Assembly: GCA_043228905.1 (NCBI GenBank)
Contig: JBHGNT010000002.1
Location: 4,216,001-4,280,000, forward strand
Reading direction: 5' to 3'
Length of the DNA: 64,000 bases
Source of the DNA: Azolla caroliniana
Lineage: Eukaryota; Plantae; Polypodiophyta
Below are positions 44,290 through 56,908 of the stretch, one piece after another. The notes beneath the pieces are model-generated. The model was not told where the DNA came from. It worked only from the letters and a program-made list of their open reading frames with translations, and ran no database searches. Made by a program: the position numbers and the translations under genes. Positions within the stretch are counted from its first letter, which is position 1; every line of letters begins with the position of its first letter.

Positions 44290-47200
44290 ATGTGTGTCTT
44301 TTCTAAGCTCGACATACTCACGACTAAGTTTGTGGCATTAGAGCAAGAAAATCAAAGGCTACTTGGGGATCTACAACAAGTGAGTACCGAGAAAGCTCAT
44401 CAATATGAGGAGCTATCACAACGGGTTCATCAACTCAAGGCTATTATATTAACATTACGAGAACAAGCGGTGGGGGTTCAAAACTCCCCAAGGGAACCAA
44501 AGATTAGCCTCCCCGCCAAGTTTGATGGTGCTAGATCTCTGTTTCGAGGTTTCCTGAATCAAGTTCGTTTGGTGATTCAGTTACATCCCAATCGGTACCC
44601 AACTGATGCTACTCGTGTGGGATTAGTAGGAACCTTGCTAAGCGGTAAAGCATTAGCATGGGTTACACCGCTTCTCGAGAAGAAATCACCATTGTTGGAG
44701 TATTTTGAGGCATTCGTTTAGGAGTTTCAAGCTAGTTTTGGAGACACCAATAGCACTAGGATGGCAATAAACAAGATTTGAAGACTCCGACAAGGAGATT
44801 GTCCCACTTCGGCCTACGCAGCAAATTTCCGTCTCTTGGCATGTGACATCCCTTAGGATGAGGCAGCCTTAATGGATCAATTCCATCAGGGTTTGCGTAA
44901 CGATGTCAAAGATCTTCTTCTTACTTTCCACAAAGATCCGAAGTCTCTTACAAAAGCCATTAGTCGAAGTCTCTTACAAAGGCCATTAGTTGAGTTGTGT
45001 GATGTGATAATCATCTATTTGAGCAACGTTCTGAACGTCAACAAATGCTATGCCGCCAACAGGAACAGGCATATGCTTCAATAGTTGCAACACCGCCACA
45101 AGTTCCCAGACCCATTATGAGGGATGGTCCCACTCCGATGGAGATAGAGTCAACACAACATCGAGGGCCCTTATCAGATGCTGAGAAACAATGACATTGG
45201 GTGCATCGCATATGCCTCTATTGTCCACATAAACCAGACGTCGAGTTTGCCAAGTAAGTGCACATGAGAACCCTACCTCGGGTTCTACTATAACTTAAGT
45301 ACTAAGCCTAATAGCCCATGCCTTGAGAATAGATTTGATGTCTTGAGCCAATTAGAGGATGTGTCAAACGAATAAGTCCGGCCAAAATAGGAGCCATTTG
45401 GTTAGACCATCCTAGATATGTAGAGTCAGTACCTAGTTGTGGTTCCATTTCATCAAATCAAGTTAGTAGAGTTTTTCTGCACAAGTCGAGCTTAGCACAA
45501 CTACAGGTCATCGAGTCCTAGACTTTGCCCTCCTAGATTCTAGAACCAATTCTTGTTTCATGGATCACGAGTTTGCATTGACCCAAAACATCCTCTTGAA
45601 TAAACACTTGAACCTAATAGCCATAGGAGTCATCGATGGTCGCCCTATCGCATCAAGTGATATAGTCGAAGAGTTTGAACCAATTCATGTAGTCCTAGGT
45701 AATTTGGCTAGTGTCATCTCATTCAACATCATTAGTAGTCTAGAGCACTCCCTATTGGTTTGAGTTACATAACCCAACTATTGATTGGAGAAAAAGAACT
45801 ATTGAAGAGGTCACAGTACAATCCGAGTCTCTTGAAACTCCAACAAAGGATCTTAGGATCCCACACGATTTCAACAATCTCTATACATCAGTTACGTGAG
45901 GATGGAAGGAAGGAAGACATGTTGGTGTTCACGGTTTTAGCAACTCCCTCATCTAGCTCACAAGAATTGGGGGTCCAACTACCAAAGAAGTATATAGAAT
46001 TCTCTGATGTGTTTGATAAGGTGAAGACGAATAGACTACCAGAGCATCGACCATATGATTGTCCAATTGATTTGCAACTAGGAAAAGAGCCCCCATGGGG
46101 GCCAATTTATAACCTTTCGCCCACAGGGGTAGAGGTTCTTCGTGAATATATCGATGAGAACCTAGCAAATGGTTTTATCCAACACTCAAGATCTCATGCT
46201 GGTGCACCCATCTTTTGTGTTAAGAAAAAAGATGGTACACTTTGTATGGTCATGGATTATCAAGGCTTGAATAAAGTGACTATTTGAAACCGATATGCTC
46301 TACCATTGATCTCAAGCCTTCTAGAACGCCTCAGCGGAGCAAAATATTTCACAAAGTTAGATCTTCGAGGTGCCTACAACCTTGTTCGAATTCGTCTTGG
46401 GGATGAATGAAAGACTGTGTTCCGCACTCGCTACATGGTCATTTTGAGTATACAGTGATGCCATTTGGTCTCACAAATGCACCAGCAGTTTTCCAACATA
46501 TGACGAATGACATTTTTCGAGACTTCCTCGATATCTTCATCCTAGTTTACTTGGATGATATCTTGATCTACTCAAAAACTCAAGAGGAGCATGAGATACA
46601 CATTCCCCAAGTTTTGCAGCACTTGTGAGAATATGGTCTCTATGCAAAATTGGAGAAGTGTAGTTTCGACCAGTGTCAAGTGGAATTTTTGTGGTACATA
46701 GTCTCTTCAAATGGCATCTCTATGGATCCATCAAAGGTTCAAAAAAATTTGGATTGGCAACACCACAGTCTATGCGGGATGTACAATGTTTTTGGGGGTT
46801 CAGAAACTTTTATCGCAAGTTCATCAAAGATTATTCAAAGATTGTATTGCCCCTCACTCAACTGACACAAAAGAATTGACCATTTGTATGGAGTATAGAT
46901 GCGAACTTTGCATTTGAGAGTTTAAAGCAAGTGTTTACATCTGCACCAATTTTAATGCATGTCGATCCAATGAGGCGCTTTATACTTGAAGCTAATGCAT
47001 TTGATTTTGCACTCGGAAGCATACTATCCTAGATTGGCGAAGATGGCAAATTACACCCTGTGGCTTTTCACTCATGGAAATTTGAAGCCGCAGAAATCAA
47101 CTATGAGATTCACGACAAAGAGTTTCTTACCATTGTGGATTCTTTTCAACAATGGCGTCATTTTTTGGAGGGTTCTTCTCAACAGATTATTGTCTACAAT

Positions 47201-48952
47201 GATCACAAAAATCTAACATACTTCCAAATATGCTCGAGTCTTGAATCGTCGACAAGCTCATTGGGCACAATTCTTAACTCGTTTTGATTTCGTAATTCTA
47301 TATCGCCCTGGGATGCAACAAGGAAAACCAGATGCTTTATCTTGACGTTCGTATATGGAACTTCAACCAGAAGAGGCCGCATTTGAAAGTCAAAAGTAAA
47401 TCCTCTTAGGTCTTGATCGTCTACGACTAATGGCGATGCATACTATCAACACACCAGGAGATTCAAGGCTTCTTGATTCCATTCGGGAGCATATTGCGAC
47501 CGATGCATTCGCCCAAGAGGTTTGAGCCATATTATCCCAGATCATGCTTCCAACTCCCAATCGCAAAATCCTCGTCTAGACTACACCCAGTTCAGTTGGC
47601 ATGATGATTTACTTTTTCAACAAACTCTCTTGTATGTGCCTGACGGTCTTTCTCGACTCAAAGTCGTGCAACAATGTCATGACACACTAGTGGCTGGACA
47701 TTTCGACATCCACAAGACTTTTGAGTTGATTTCTCACCGATATTGGTGGTCATGGCTTCGCCATTTTTTTACAGATTATGTTCGTAGTTGCAATACATGT
47801 TGCCGATCAAAAAAGCCTTGACATCATCCATATGGCTTATTACAGCCAATGAATATTATCGAGAGCCCATGGAAATCTATTTCCTTGGACTTTATTACAG
47901 ATCTTCCACCTTCCAAGGGCTTTGATTCTATTCTCACGGTAGTCGATCGTTTTACGAAGATGGCGCATTTCCTTCCATGCACGAAGACCATTACTAGTCA
48001 AGAGACAACTGATTTACTCATGCAGGAGGTGTTTCGCCATCATGGTCTTCCAGATGATATTATCAATGATCGGGGTCCCCAATTCATCTCGAATTTTTGG
48101 CGACACATGTTTAAACTCTTACATACTTCTTGTAAACTCTCTTCTGGCTACCATCCAGAGACTAATGGGCAGAGTGAGCGCACCAACCAAACAGTCAAAC
48201 AATATCTATGTTGTTTTGTCAACTATCAACAAGATGATTGGGTGGATCTATTACATTCGGCGGAATTTGCTTACAATAACTCCGAACATTCTTCTATTGG
48301 ATATTCCCCATTTTTTGCGAACATTGGGTATTATCCTCGTTGGATGATGCTTGAACATCTCGAACTCCCGAAAAACCCGGTTGTTGAAGATCGGCTCACC
48401 CGACTCTAAGAAGTTCAGGATATACTTTTACATCATTTATGTGATGCCCAAAACACTCAAAAGAAGATTGTTGACCGTCATCGACGTGATTCATCGGCTA
48501 CGTTTCAAGTAGGCGATCATGTATGTCTCTTACAAGGTAGCATCAAAACCACCCGACCTTGCTACAAATTGGATTATCAACATTTCGGCCCATATGTGAT
48601 CTCTAGTAAGATCAATGATGTGACATTTCGTTTTGATCTTCCTCCTCATATGTGTCGTCACCCGGTCTTCCATGTTTCACTTTTGGAGCCCTACACAACA
48701 AGCTCTATTCCGGGTCGTCTTACACCTCCCCCACCTCCAATCGAAGTTTCCAATGGCTCTGAATATGAGGTTGCTACCATTCTCGACTCCAAAATCATTC
48801 GCAACAAACTATATTATTTGGTTGATTGGTTAGGTTATACACCTAATGATCAAACATGGGAGCCTGCCGAGCATATTGCTAATGCCTCCGACATGGTTGT
48901 TGCATTTCACGACCAATATCCTCATAAACCGACTCATACAACTCGTCATTGA
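44290..48952 (+). pseudogene. pol: Chromovirus gag-pro-RT-RH-INT-chromodomain (many stops and frameshifts)
   Basis: LPAKFDG gag; [10 protein letters not shown] and [11 protein letters not shown]; NYEIHDKE RNase H; SLDFITDLP/DRGPQF integrase; EYEVATILDS..YLVDWLGY..TWEP chromodomain. Confidence 0.93.
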
Positions 48953-49379
48953 AAAGGGGGGATAATGTCACAAAGACATACGTTAACTAGGAATCGAACC
49001 CACAAATTCTCGGTCTATGTGTTGAACCCTAAACCATTGTAACAACATATATAATGTGTAATTATAATAATTATATTTTTAGTTATTAGGAGATATTTAG
49101 ATTATTCTGGAACATCCTTGAATATTTCATTATTATATTTATTATCATAAATATCTAAAATATTCTAGAACATTCTAGAATACTCCGTAAGGATCTATAA
49201 ATAAGTGTCCATTCATTCATCACAACTCATTCTGTTCAACGCCAGTCTTTAGCCCTTAGCCTACTCTTTGTAATCTTGTTTCTCATAATATAATCTCATT
49301 TCCATTTCAACTCTTATCTCTCTCTCTCTCTCTCTCTCTCTCTTTCACTGTCTCCTACTCACGAGTCACGACAGTATCG

Positions 49380-50050
49380 AACAAAGAAACCATGATTTCA
49401 TATATGAGAACGATAAAATGGAAGAAGAAAGATGAACATGAGAATATAAACATGCAACATTCTTAGAAGAAGATCTTTCTTAAAGCTAACAAGAACCCAG
49501 GCTTGAGGAATCACATTCAAATTTTCAATATGAAAAACAAGAAAACCATAATTGCAAAAATGAAAACGATGAACATGAGAATATGGACATGCAACATTCT
49601 TCCAAGAAGATATTTCCTAAAGCTGACAACAATCCTTTAAAGAATCACCATTCAAAATATGAAAATCAATCAAACCATAATTGCAAAAAACAATGATATA
49701 GAAGAAGAAAGATGAACATGAGGATATGAACATGAAACATTTTTACAAGATTTTTCTCAACACGGACAAAACCCATCCTAAAATTTTTGGAAAAAAAAAA
49801 GAAAAAAACCCATCCTAAAGAATCACATAAAAAATAGGAAATCAAAAAAGAAAACCATGATTTCAAAATTGAAAATGATGAAATGGAAGAAGAAAAATGA
49901 ATATGAGAATATGAACATGCAACATTTTTACAAAAAGATCTTTCTTGAAGCAAACTACCCCTTAAAGAATCATATTTAGAATATGAAAAACAAGGAAACC
50001 ATGATTTGAAAAAGGGCAAGGAATCACATAAGAATCAAATAAATAATAGG
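49380..50050. repeat. Degenerate A-rich tandem repeat (~120-bp unit)
   Basis: Recurring GATGAACATGAGAATATGAACATGCAACATT and AAGAAAACCAT motifs. Confidence 0.6.
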
Positions 50051-51178
50051 AAAACAAATGAAGCCATGGCCCATGACCTCAAAAATGAAGAACAATGAAA
50101 TCCCATTTACAACAATGAGATGAAGAATACCTTAGATGAAGACACCCTAATGAAATGAAACAATCTTTGATGGAATGGAAGAAGAATGTATTGTTGGAGA
50201 AGAACCCTCAAACAGAAGAAGCTTGTTGGAATAAATCCAAAAAAGCAAGCTATAGATCACCTCATGTTACCTTGGATAAATAAGCTTTAGGGTGTCATCA
50301 ATTAATATTTAGGTCATTGATAAGATAAGATGGAAGAAGCTTCAAATCTAGAAATTATTGAACAATCAAATGGTGAAAGCTCAATTAGAACAAAAAACAA
50401 TGAAATAGAAGAAACTTATAATGTAAAAACTTTAGTATTCAGGGAAAAATAGCCCCCAAAATTGTAAGATCCTCTCGCAACAGTGTGCCCCTATTTTCTC
50501 TCTTTATTACACTTTGTACTACTCCCACCGCATTCCCAAAAAATATTATTTTCCCAAGATTGGTTATTTCGTAATTGTCATGTTTTTGTTTTGCTAAAAC
50601 AATACCTCATGCCTTCCCCCACGAGAGCTTGAACTCGTGTTCTCTACCCCGATGGAGATGCAACCCCAATTTGTATCGTCCACCCCGGAAGAGAAGTTGG
50701 CAAAGGCCCCCCTCCCGCTGGAACGTGAATGTGGTAGTGGCCTCAAATTAGTGAAATCGTGGATCCGGACGGGCAAGCTCAAGGACAAAGGAAAGGGTAA
50801 GATAGGCAGACCAACACCTGGTTTGGTGACAACTCTCTTAGATAGAGGGATGCAAGATGTGCCACCGCTTCGGAGCACAAATGTATCGCGGGATCTATTT
50901 GAAGCGGGTCAGGAACGACCGGCTGAGAATCCCATAGGGGATTTGCAACCTGTTGTGGAGACCATACCCCCCGAAACAGGTGTTAGTTTGCCCCATAACA
51001 GGGGGATCGGCCCGAACATGGGCGTCAACATCACCGTTTTCGGATGAGGATCCTAACGTGGAATGTACAGGGCCTTGGTGGAGGCCGACAACACCAAGAG
51101 TGCAGAAGACTTCAGGAGTAGCTAAATCCCCTTAATATAGGGGGCCATATTGACATATTGCTTTTGCAGGAACACCAC

Positions 51179-51266
51179 TGTTGGAGACAAGGTCGTCTAT
51201 GCGGAAGATCAAGAAGCATTCGATTCTGTTCAGTACCTGCGTATGACAGTTTCTAGGTCGTTGCAC

Positions 51267-51314
<48 letters not shown>

Positions 51315-54300
51315 GAAAACTCTTTCTATTCCACAAGGCAATAATACAACACCCAACCTTACAAAAAGGTTACAAGGTCACTATATATAGTGACAGACTT
51401 AGGGCATCTACCATTTATGCTAATTACACAAATGGCCCAAACTTGATCTATACAAAAAGGGATAGTGTGAATACGTCCATTATACACTTGTATTCGACAC
51501 TCCCCCGTAATGGGCGTATACATGGGTTATCTAAGATTACAGGCATAAACCTAGGTTCTCGGACATATCAGTTTTGTTCGAGTCGGCAGGGTCCGAAGGC
51601 AGAAGACCGAACTGGTCGTGTCGGAAGAGTTGAAGCCGATCATTAAGGAACTGATGTCGGTTGTCGGAAACCATCCTGCGATGTGTCCGGCTCTAACCGG
51701 ACTGGTTTGTCGTTACGCCCATCTGATGCCGAAGGGACCGAAAGCGGTCTGCCGAAAGACACTTGGTCATTCCATCTGCGACATTGTCGGTTGTGGATAT
51801 TTTCTCTAGACCGATTTTCCCTGAAATGACGCAGTCCCGAACGAAGTGATATCGAACGTCGATATGTTTGGAGGCGTTGTGGTGAACCGGATTTTTCGAC
51901 AAGGCAACAGCACCTTGACTGTCGCTATAGACAACTGGGGCCGAGTCATGGTCGACTTGTCGAAACGTGTGCGCCAGCCGGCCGAGCCACAAAGCTTCTT
52001 TTGCAGCGTCGGACGCAGCTACATATTCTGCTTCGGTCGTTGAGGTCGTTGTGCACTCCTGAAGTTTCGACTTCCACGAAATTGCTCCATTGCCGAATTT
52101 GAAGCAGTATCCAGTTGTTGATTTCCGACTGTCTATACAGCCGGCGAAGTCCGAGTCGGTGTAACCGACTACGCCTGTAGTTGAGTTCGGACCGAAAAGA
52201 ATGCCGTGGTCTTTTGTGCCAGCCAGATATTTGAACACATGCTTGACTGCGTTCCAATGCGATCGGCCAGGATTGTGCATAAATCTGCTAACGACTCCTA
52301 CGGCATGAGAAATATCAGGCCGTGTCGCGACCATCAGGTACATAAGGGAGCCGACTGCCGGTGCATACGGTACCGACTTCATATCTTCCCCCTCCGGACC
52401 GGATGTCGGGCAGTCTCGCTGAGAGAGCCGAAGATTCATGGGGAGCGGGGTTGAAGCAGATTTGGCTGATTGCATGTTGAAGCGTTCCAAGACACGTCCG
52501 ATATAGTCGGTCTGAGACAAAAAAAAGATGTCGTTGATCGCGATGCCGACTAATCTTCATGCCAAGTATGTGTCGTGCCGGACCGAGGTCCTTCATGGCA
52601 AACTTCAACCGCAATTGCCGAATGAGATCGGCAAGTTCGCCCGCGTGGCGTCCAGAAATTAGCATGTCGTCCACGTAAATGATGAGGAAGATGGGTGATC
52701 CATCTTGAGCTGTGTTGGTAAAAAAACAATGGTCCTCATCGCTTTTTGAGAAGCCGATCGATTGGATGAAGTCGTCGAACTTCTTGTACCATTGTCGCGG
52801 TGCCTGTTTGAGGCCGTATAGACTCTTCCTGAGTCGGCAGACTAGATGTTCTTGGCCAGGTGCCACGAAGCCTTTTGGCTGCTCCATATAAATTTCCTCT
52901 TCAAGATCACCATGGAGGAATGTTGTTTTGACATCTAGCTGAATCAGCTCCAAGTTGTCGGCTGCCACTACGCCGAGTAGAAAACGAAGGGTTGTCATTT
53001 TCACCACTGGTGAAAAAATCTCGTCGAAGTCGACGCCATATTCTTGTCGGAAGCCCTTCGCAACTAATCTGGCCTTGTACTTTGGGGTGGTCGAATCAGA
53101 CGTCTCTTTTAGTCGATAAACCCACTTGCAAGGAAGAGCACGTCGGTTCCTAGGTAATTCGACCAGATCCCAAGTCTTGTTTGCCCGAATGGAGTGCATT
53201 TCCGACTCCATCGCCAGATGCCAGGTGGTGGAATCGACAGATGTCGATGCTTCTTCGTAAGACGTCGGTTCGCCAGCGTCGGTGAAGAAAATTCCAGGAG
53301 AATACCTCTCCGGAGGTTGCGACAGTCTCTCGGATCGTCGTGGTATGATTGGACTGGTCGCATCGGGTATCGAGGTCGGATGGTCCGAAAGCTGTTGTGC
53401 CGAGTCAGAGTTGTCCGAATCGGTAGTGTAAGGTTCAGCTACCCGTGAAGCTGACCGTGTGTTAAGAGCGGGGCCTTCTTGAAGGGTCGGCACATCGGAA
53501 AATGTTACCCTTCGGACTTCGATCGGTGTTTTGACTGATGGATTCATAGCCGACTCGTTGAACACAACGTCCGAACTTCGAACGATTTGTCTGTGTTCGG
53601 GGTCCCAGAGTCGGTATCCCATTTCGCCGTCGGATCCATATCCAAGGAAAATGCATTTCCTGGACCGAGGTGCAAGTTTTCGGCGATCATCTTTCGGAAT
53701 AAGGGCGTACGCCTCGCATCCGAAGATCCTCAGCTTGTCATAATTCGGCTTACTGCCGATCCATAGTTCCTGAGGAATTTGAAGTCCTAGAGGTCTGCTT
53801 GGCGACATATTGATTATGTGTACTGTCGTGAGTAGAGCCTCTGCCCAGAAGCCATCCGACAGTCCGGAGTGTTGGAGCATGGAAACTATCCGTTCTTGGA
53901 TTGTCCGATTCATGCGTTCGGCAATCCCGTTTTGCTCCGGACTGTGTGGTGCCGTAAATTCACGTCGGATGCCGCGTTGTCGGCAGAATTTGACGAATTC
54001 TTCTGATTTGAACTCTCCCCCATTGTCGGTCCGAAAGCATTTCAGTTTTCGGTCGGTTTGATTTTCTACCATAGCGAGCCAATCGGAGAAGATCGAGAAG
54101 ACACGATCTTTGGTGCGAATTGGATAAGCCCACACCTTTCGAGTCGAATCGTCAATAAAACTGACGAAGTAAGAGGCACCGCCGAGAGACTGATGCGGCA
54201 TTGGGCCACAGACGTCCGAGTGGACCAAATCGAGAGGTCTCGTGTCTCTTGGTGCTGATGTCGGGTGTGATGCGGCTGCTTGTTTGCCATACTGGCAATG

Positions 54301-56510
54301 CTCGCAGAATTGATGGTCGGAGAAGGAGAGTTTAGGGATGTATCCGGCTCTTGATAGATGCGTAATGCCGGCCTTGCTGAGGTGTCCTAATCTTATGTGC
54401 CATAGTGATGACACAAGAATATCCACCAAAAACAGGTTACCCTCTCTGAGCGTAACATGTAACGGATACAGTGAGTGTATCTTGGGTCCTCTAGCAAGCA
54501 GGAGGTTCCCCCTGTGGAGTGTCCACCCTCCCGAAGAAAAACCGGCACGAATGCCGTCTTCATCTAGTTGTCCGACCGAGATCAATGGCCTTGAGAGCTC
54601 GGGTACATGTCGGACATTGTGAAGTACAAGTGTAGAGCCACCTGCAAGGTTGAGCTCTACTGTGCCGATTCCAATGATGTCACAGTGTTGCGAGTTGCCG
54701 ACCCGAACTGAGTCGGAGTGACGGATCGTATATTGCCGAAATTGGGATCGATGAGGAGTCACGTGAAATGACGCGCCCGAATCTAAGAGCCATGTGCTCG
54801 ATTCTTCAGTCGTGAGCAGAACTTCTGATCCGACTGGATTTTCGATTGATAGTATATTCGGGTCGTTTGGTAGCACATCAGCTGAGAAGCTGACGTAATT
54901 GATCTCCTCATGCCGGCCACTCTTCTTGTCTGATCTCTGAGACTTGTCGTTCTTGTTCTTGAGTGCGCGGCAGTCGGCTTTGATGTGTCCGGGTTTCTTG
55001 CAGTAGTTGCAGATTCGATTATCCCGTGACTGGCTCCGTCTTCGCTGATTGTTCGGCGGCCGTGAGGAATCTCTTCCTCGTATGTTCGATCGGTCTGTCG
55101 AACCTTGTACTACGTAAGCGTCGTCTGTTGAGTCTTTGGCGAAAGACTTTCTCCGAGCTGCTTCGGTCAGGATTGCGCTCGTGACTTCGGAGTATTTAAC
55201 AGCCGTGGTTGACGCGTTGCACACGGTTGTGACGAAAGTTTCCCATGATGAGGGAAGGCTACTCATGAGTATCATTGCTCTGAGTTCATCCTCGATTGCC
55301 GTCCCCTGTGACGAGATTTGGGAGCTTATGCTTTCGTACTCATTGAGATGTGCTTGGACTGAATCGGATTCTTTCATCCGCAAGTTGTAGAGGCGCCGGA
55401 TCAGAAACATCTTCGTTGCAGCGACCTTCTTTTCGTAGGTGTCCGACAGTGTTTTCCACAGTTCGAATGTTGTCGTACACGATTGCACCGTAAAGTATAC
55501 CGATTCCGATAGGTGCATCCGAATCGTGGCGCGGACGATTCTGTCCAGCTTCTGCCACTCAATTGGTTTGTATCCTTCTGGAGGTTCTTCATTTTCGATG
55601 GGATCGATTTGCCCCTTGACTATGAGATAGTCCTGCATTTGCTCCTTCCAGAAGTTGAAGTTCGATCCATCGAACTTTCGTAGACTCATTTCTGACGAGC
55701 CGGATGTTGATGCCATCAAATTTGGTTTCGGTTGACGAAGCTCGGTTCGGAGTTGACTACGAACCTTGTTGGAGTGCAGCCGGTTGGCTCACCCGATATC
55801 GTTCTAGTCGGATTTGAACCCGAGTCGGTTCGGCTTCGGATATATGTATTGTTGAACTTGCTCGAATTGACTCCGGTAACTTGAGGGACAGAACCGACTG
55901 GTCTTCCCGAATGTTGCCGAGTCGGAGTGAGCCCGGTTCGCTTCCGAATATATATGCCAAATACCGATTATTGAATCCGATTGTTTGGACCGATTCTGCT
56001 TCGGGTGACTGCAGCGACGAGAGAGACGGATCCAACTGATCCTCTCGAATGTCGATCAGCCGGATGAAGCACGAATTGGGGTTGTTGTCTTGAGACCGAT
56101 CTGCACCGAGTGGTTACAATGAGCGGCGAGCAGCGTTTGATGACCTTCTTCGGATGCCGTTTAACCGAGTGGAGCACGATCGTGTCAATGTTGCACAAGG
56201 GGATTTCACCTCGAGCGGTTACGATCACAAGAAACAGAGTACAACCGGCTGGCTTACTCCAAGCGAAGATGATCTAACGCGATGAGATGTAAGCCTCGTT
56301 TTTTTTTTCTTCTTCTTCTTCTCTCTTCTTCGAATGACGCAGGAAACCGAATGCTGTGCAGGCTGAGACGACGTCCGACAGCGGATTGAAGGACCGAATA
56401 CTGTGCAGGCTCTGATACCAGATGTTGGAGACAAGGTCGTCTATGCGGAAGATCAAGAAGCATTCGATTCTGTTCAGTACCTGCGTATGACAGTTTCTAG
56501 GTCGTTGCAC

Positions 56511-56562
<52 letters not shown>

Positions 56563-56747
56563 GAAAACTCTTTCTATTCCACAAGGCAATAATACAACAC
56601 CCAACCTTACAAAAAGGTTACAAGGTCACTATATATAGTGACAGACTTAGGGCATCTACCATTTATGCTAATTACACAAATGGCCCAAACTTGATCTATA
56701 CAAAAAGGGATAGTGTGAATACGTCCATTATACACTTGTATTCGACA
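51179..56747 (-). mobile_element. Very young full-length Ty1/Copia element
   Basis: LTRs 51179-51499 and 56423-56747 differ, by eye, only in the (GA)n tract. PBS-Met 56409-56420; PPT GGGGGAG; TSD CACCAC. Confidence 0.96.
51693..55719 (-). CDS. pol: Copia Gag-PR-INT-RT-RH polyprotein, single frameshift at a T8 run (52519-52526)
   Basis: CNYCKKPGHIKADC, LLDSGAS, HSDV..TDNGGEF..ERMN, YVDDML, YTDSDFAG, TEAEY. Confidence 0.93.
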
Positions 56748-56908
56748 CACCACCTCTCGCAAGAGCGAACTCAGAGCTTAGTAAACCCCTTGCGGGTGGG
56801 TGGACCACATGGTGGTCGGCTGCGCAGGGTGACCTCCACCGAAGAGGAGGGGTCTGCATCTCGATCAACGATAAGGCCCGATACGAAGTAACATCATCTA
56901 GCACACTG

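Larger units (their letters stand above)
22762..49373 (+). mobile_element. Full-length chromovirus (Tcn1-like, self-priming); 5' LTR split by ~21 kb of nested insertions
   Basis: Perfect TSD GTATC (22757-61, 49374-78). 5' LTR = 22762-~23162 plus ~44137-44191; 3' LTR 48966-49373; PPT GAAAAGGGGGG. Confidence 0.92.
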
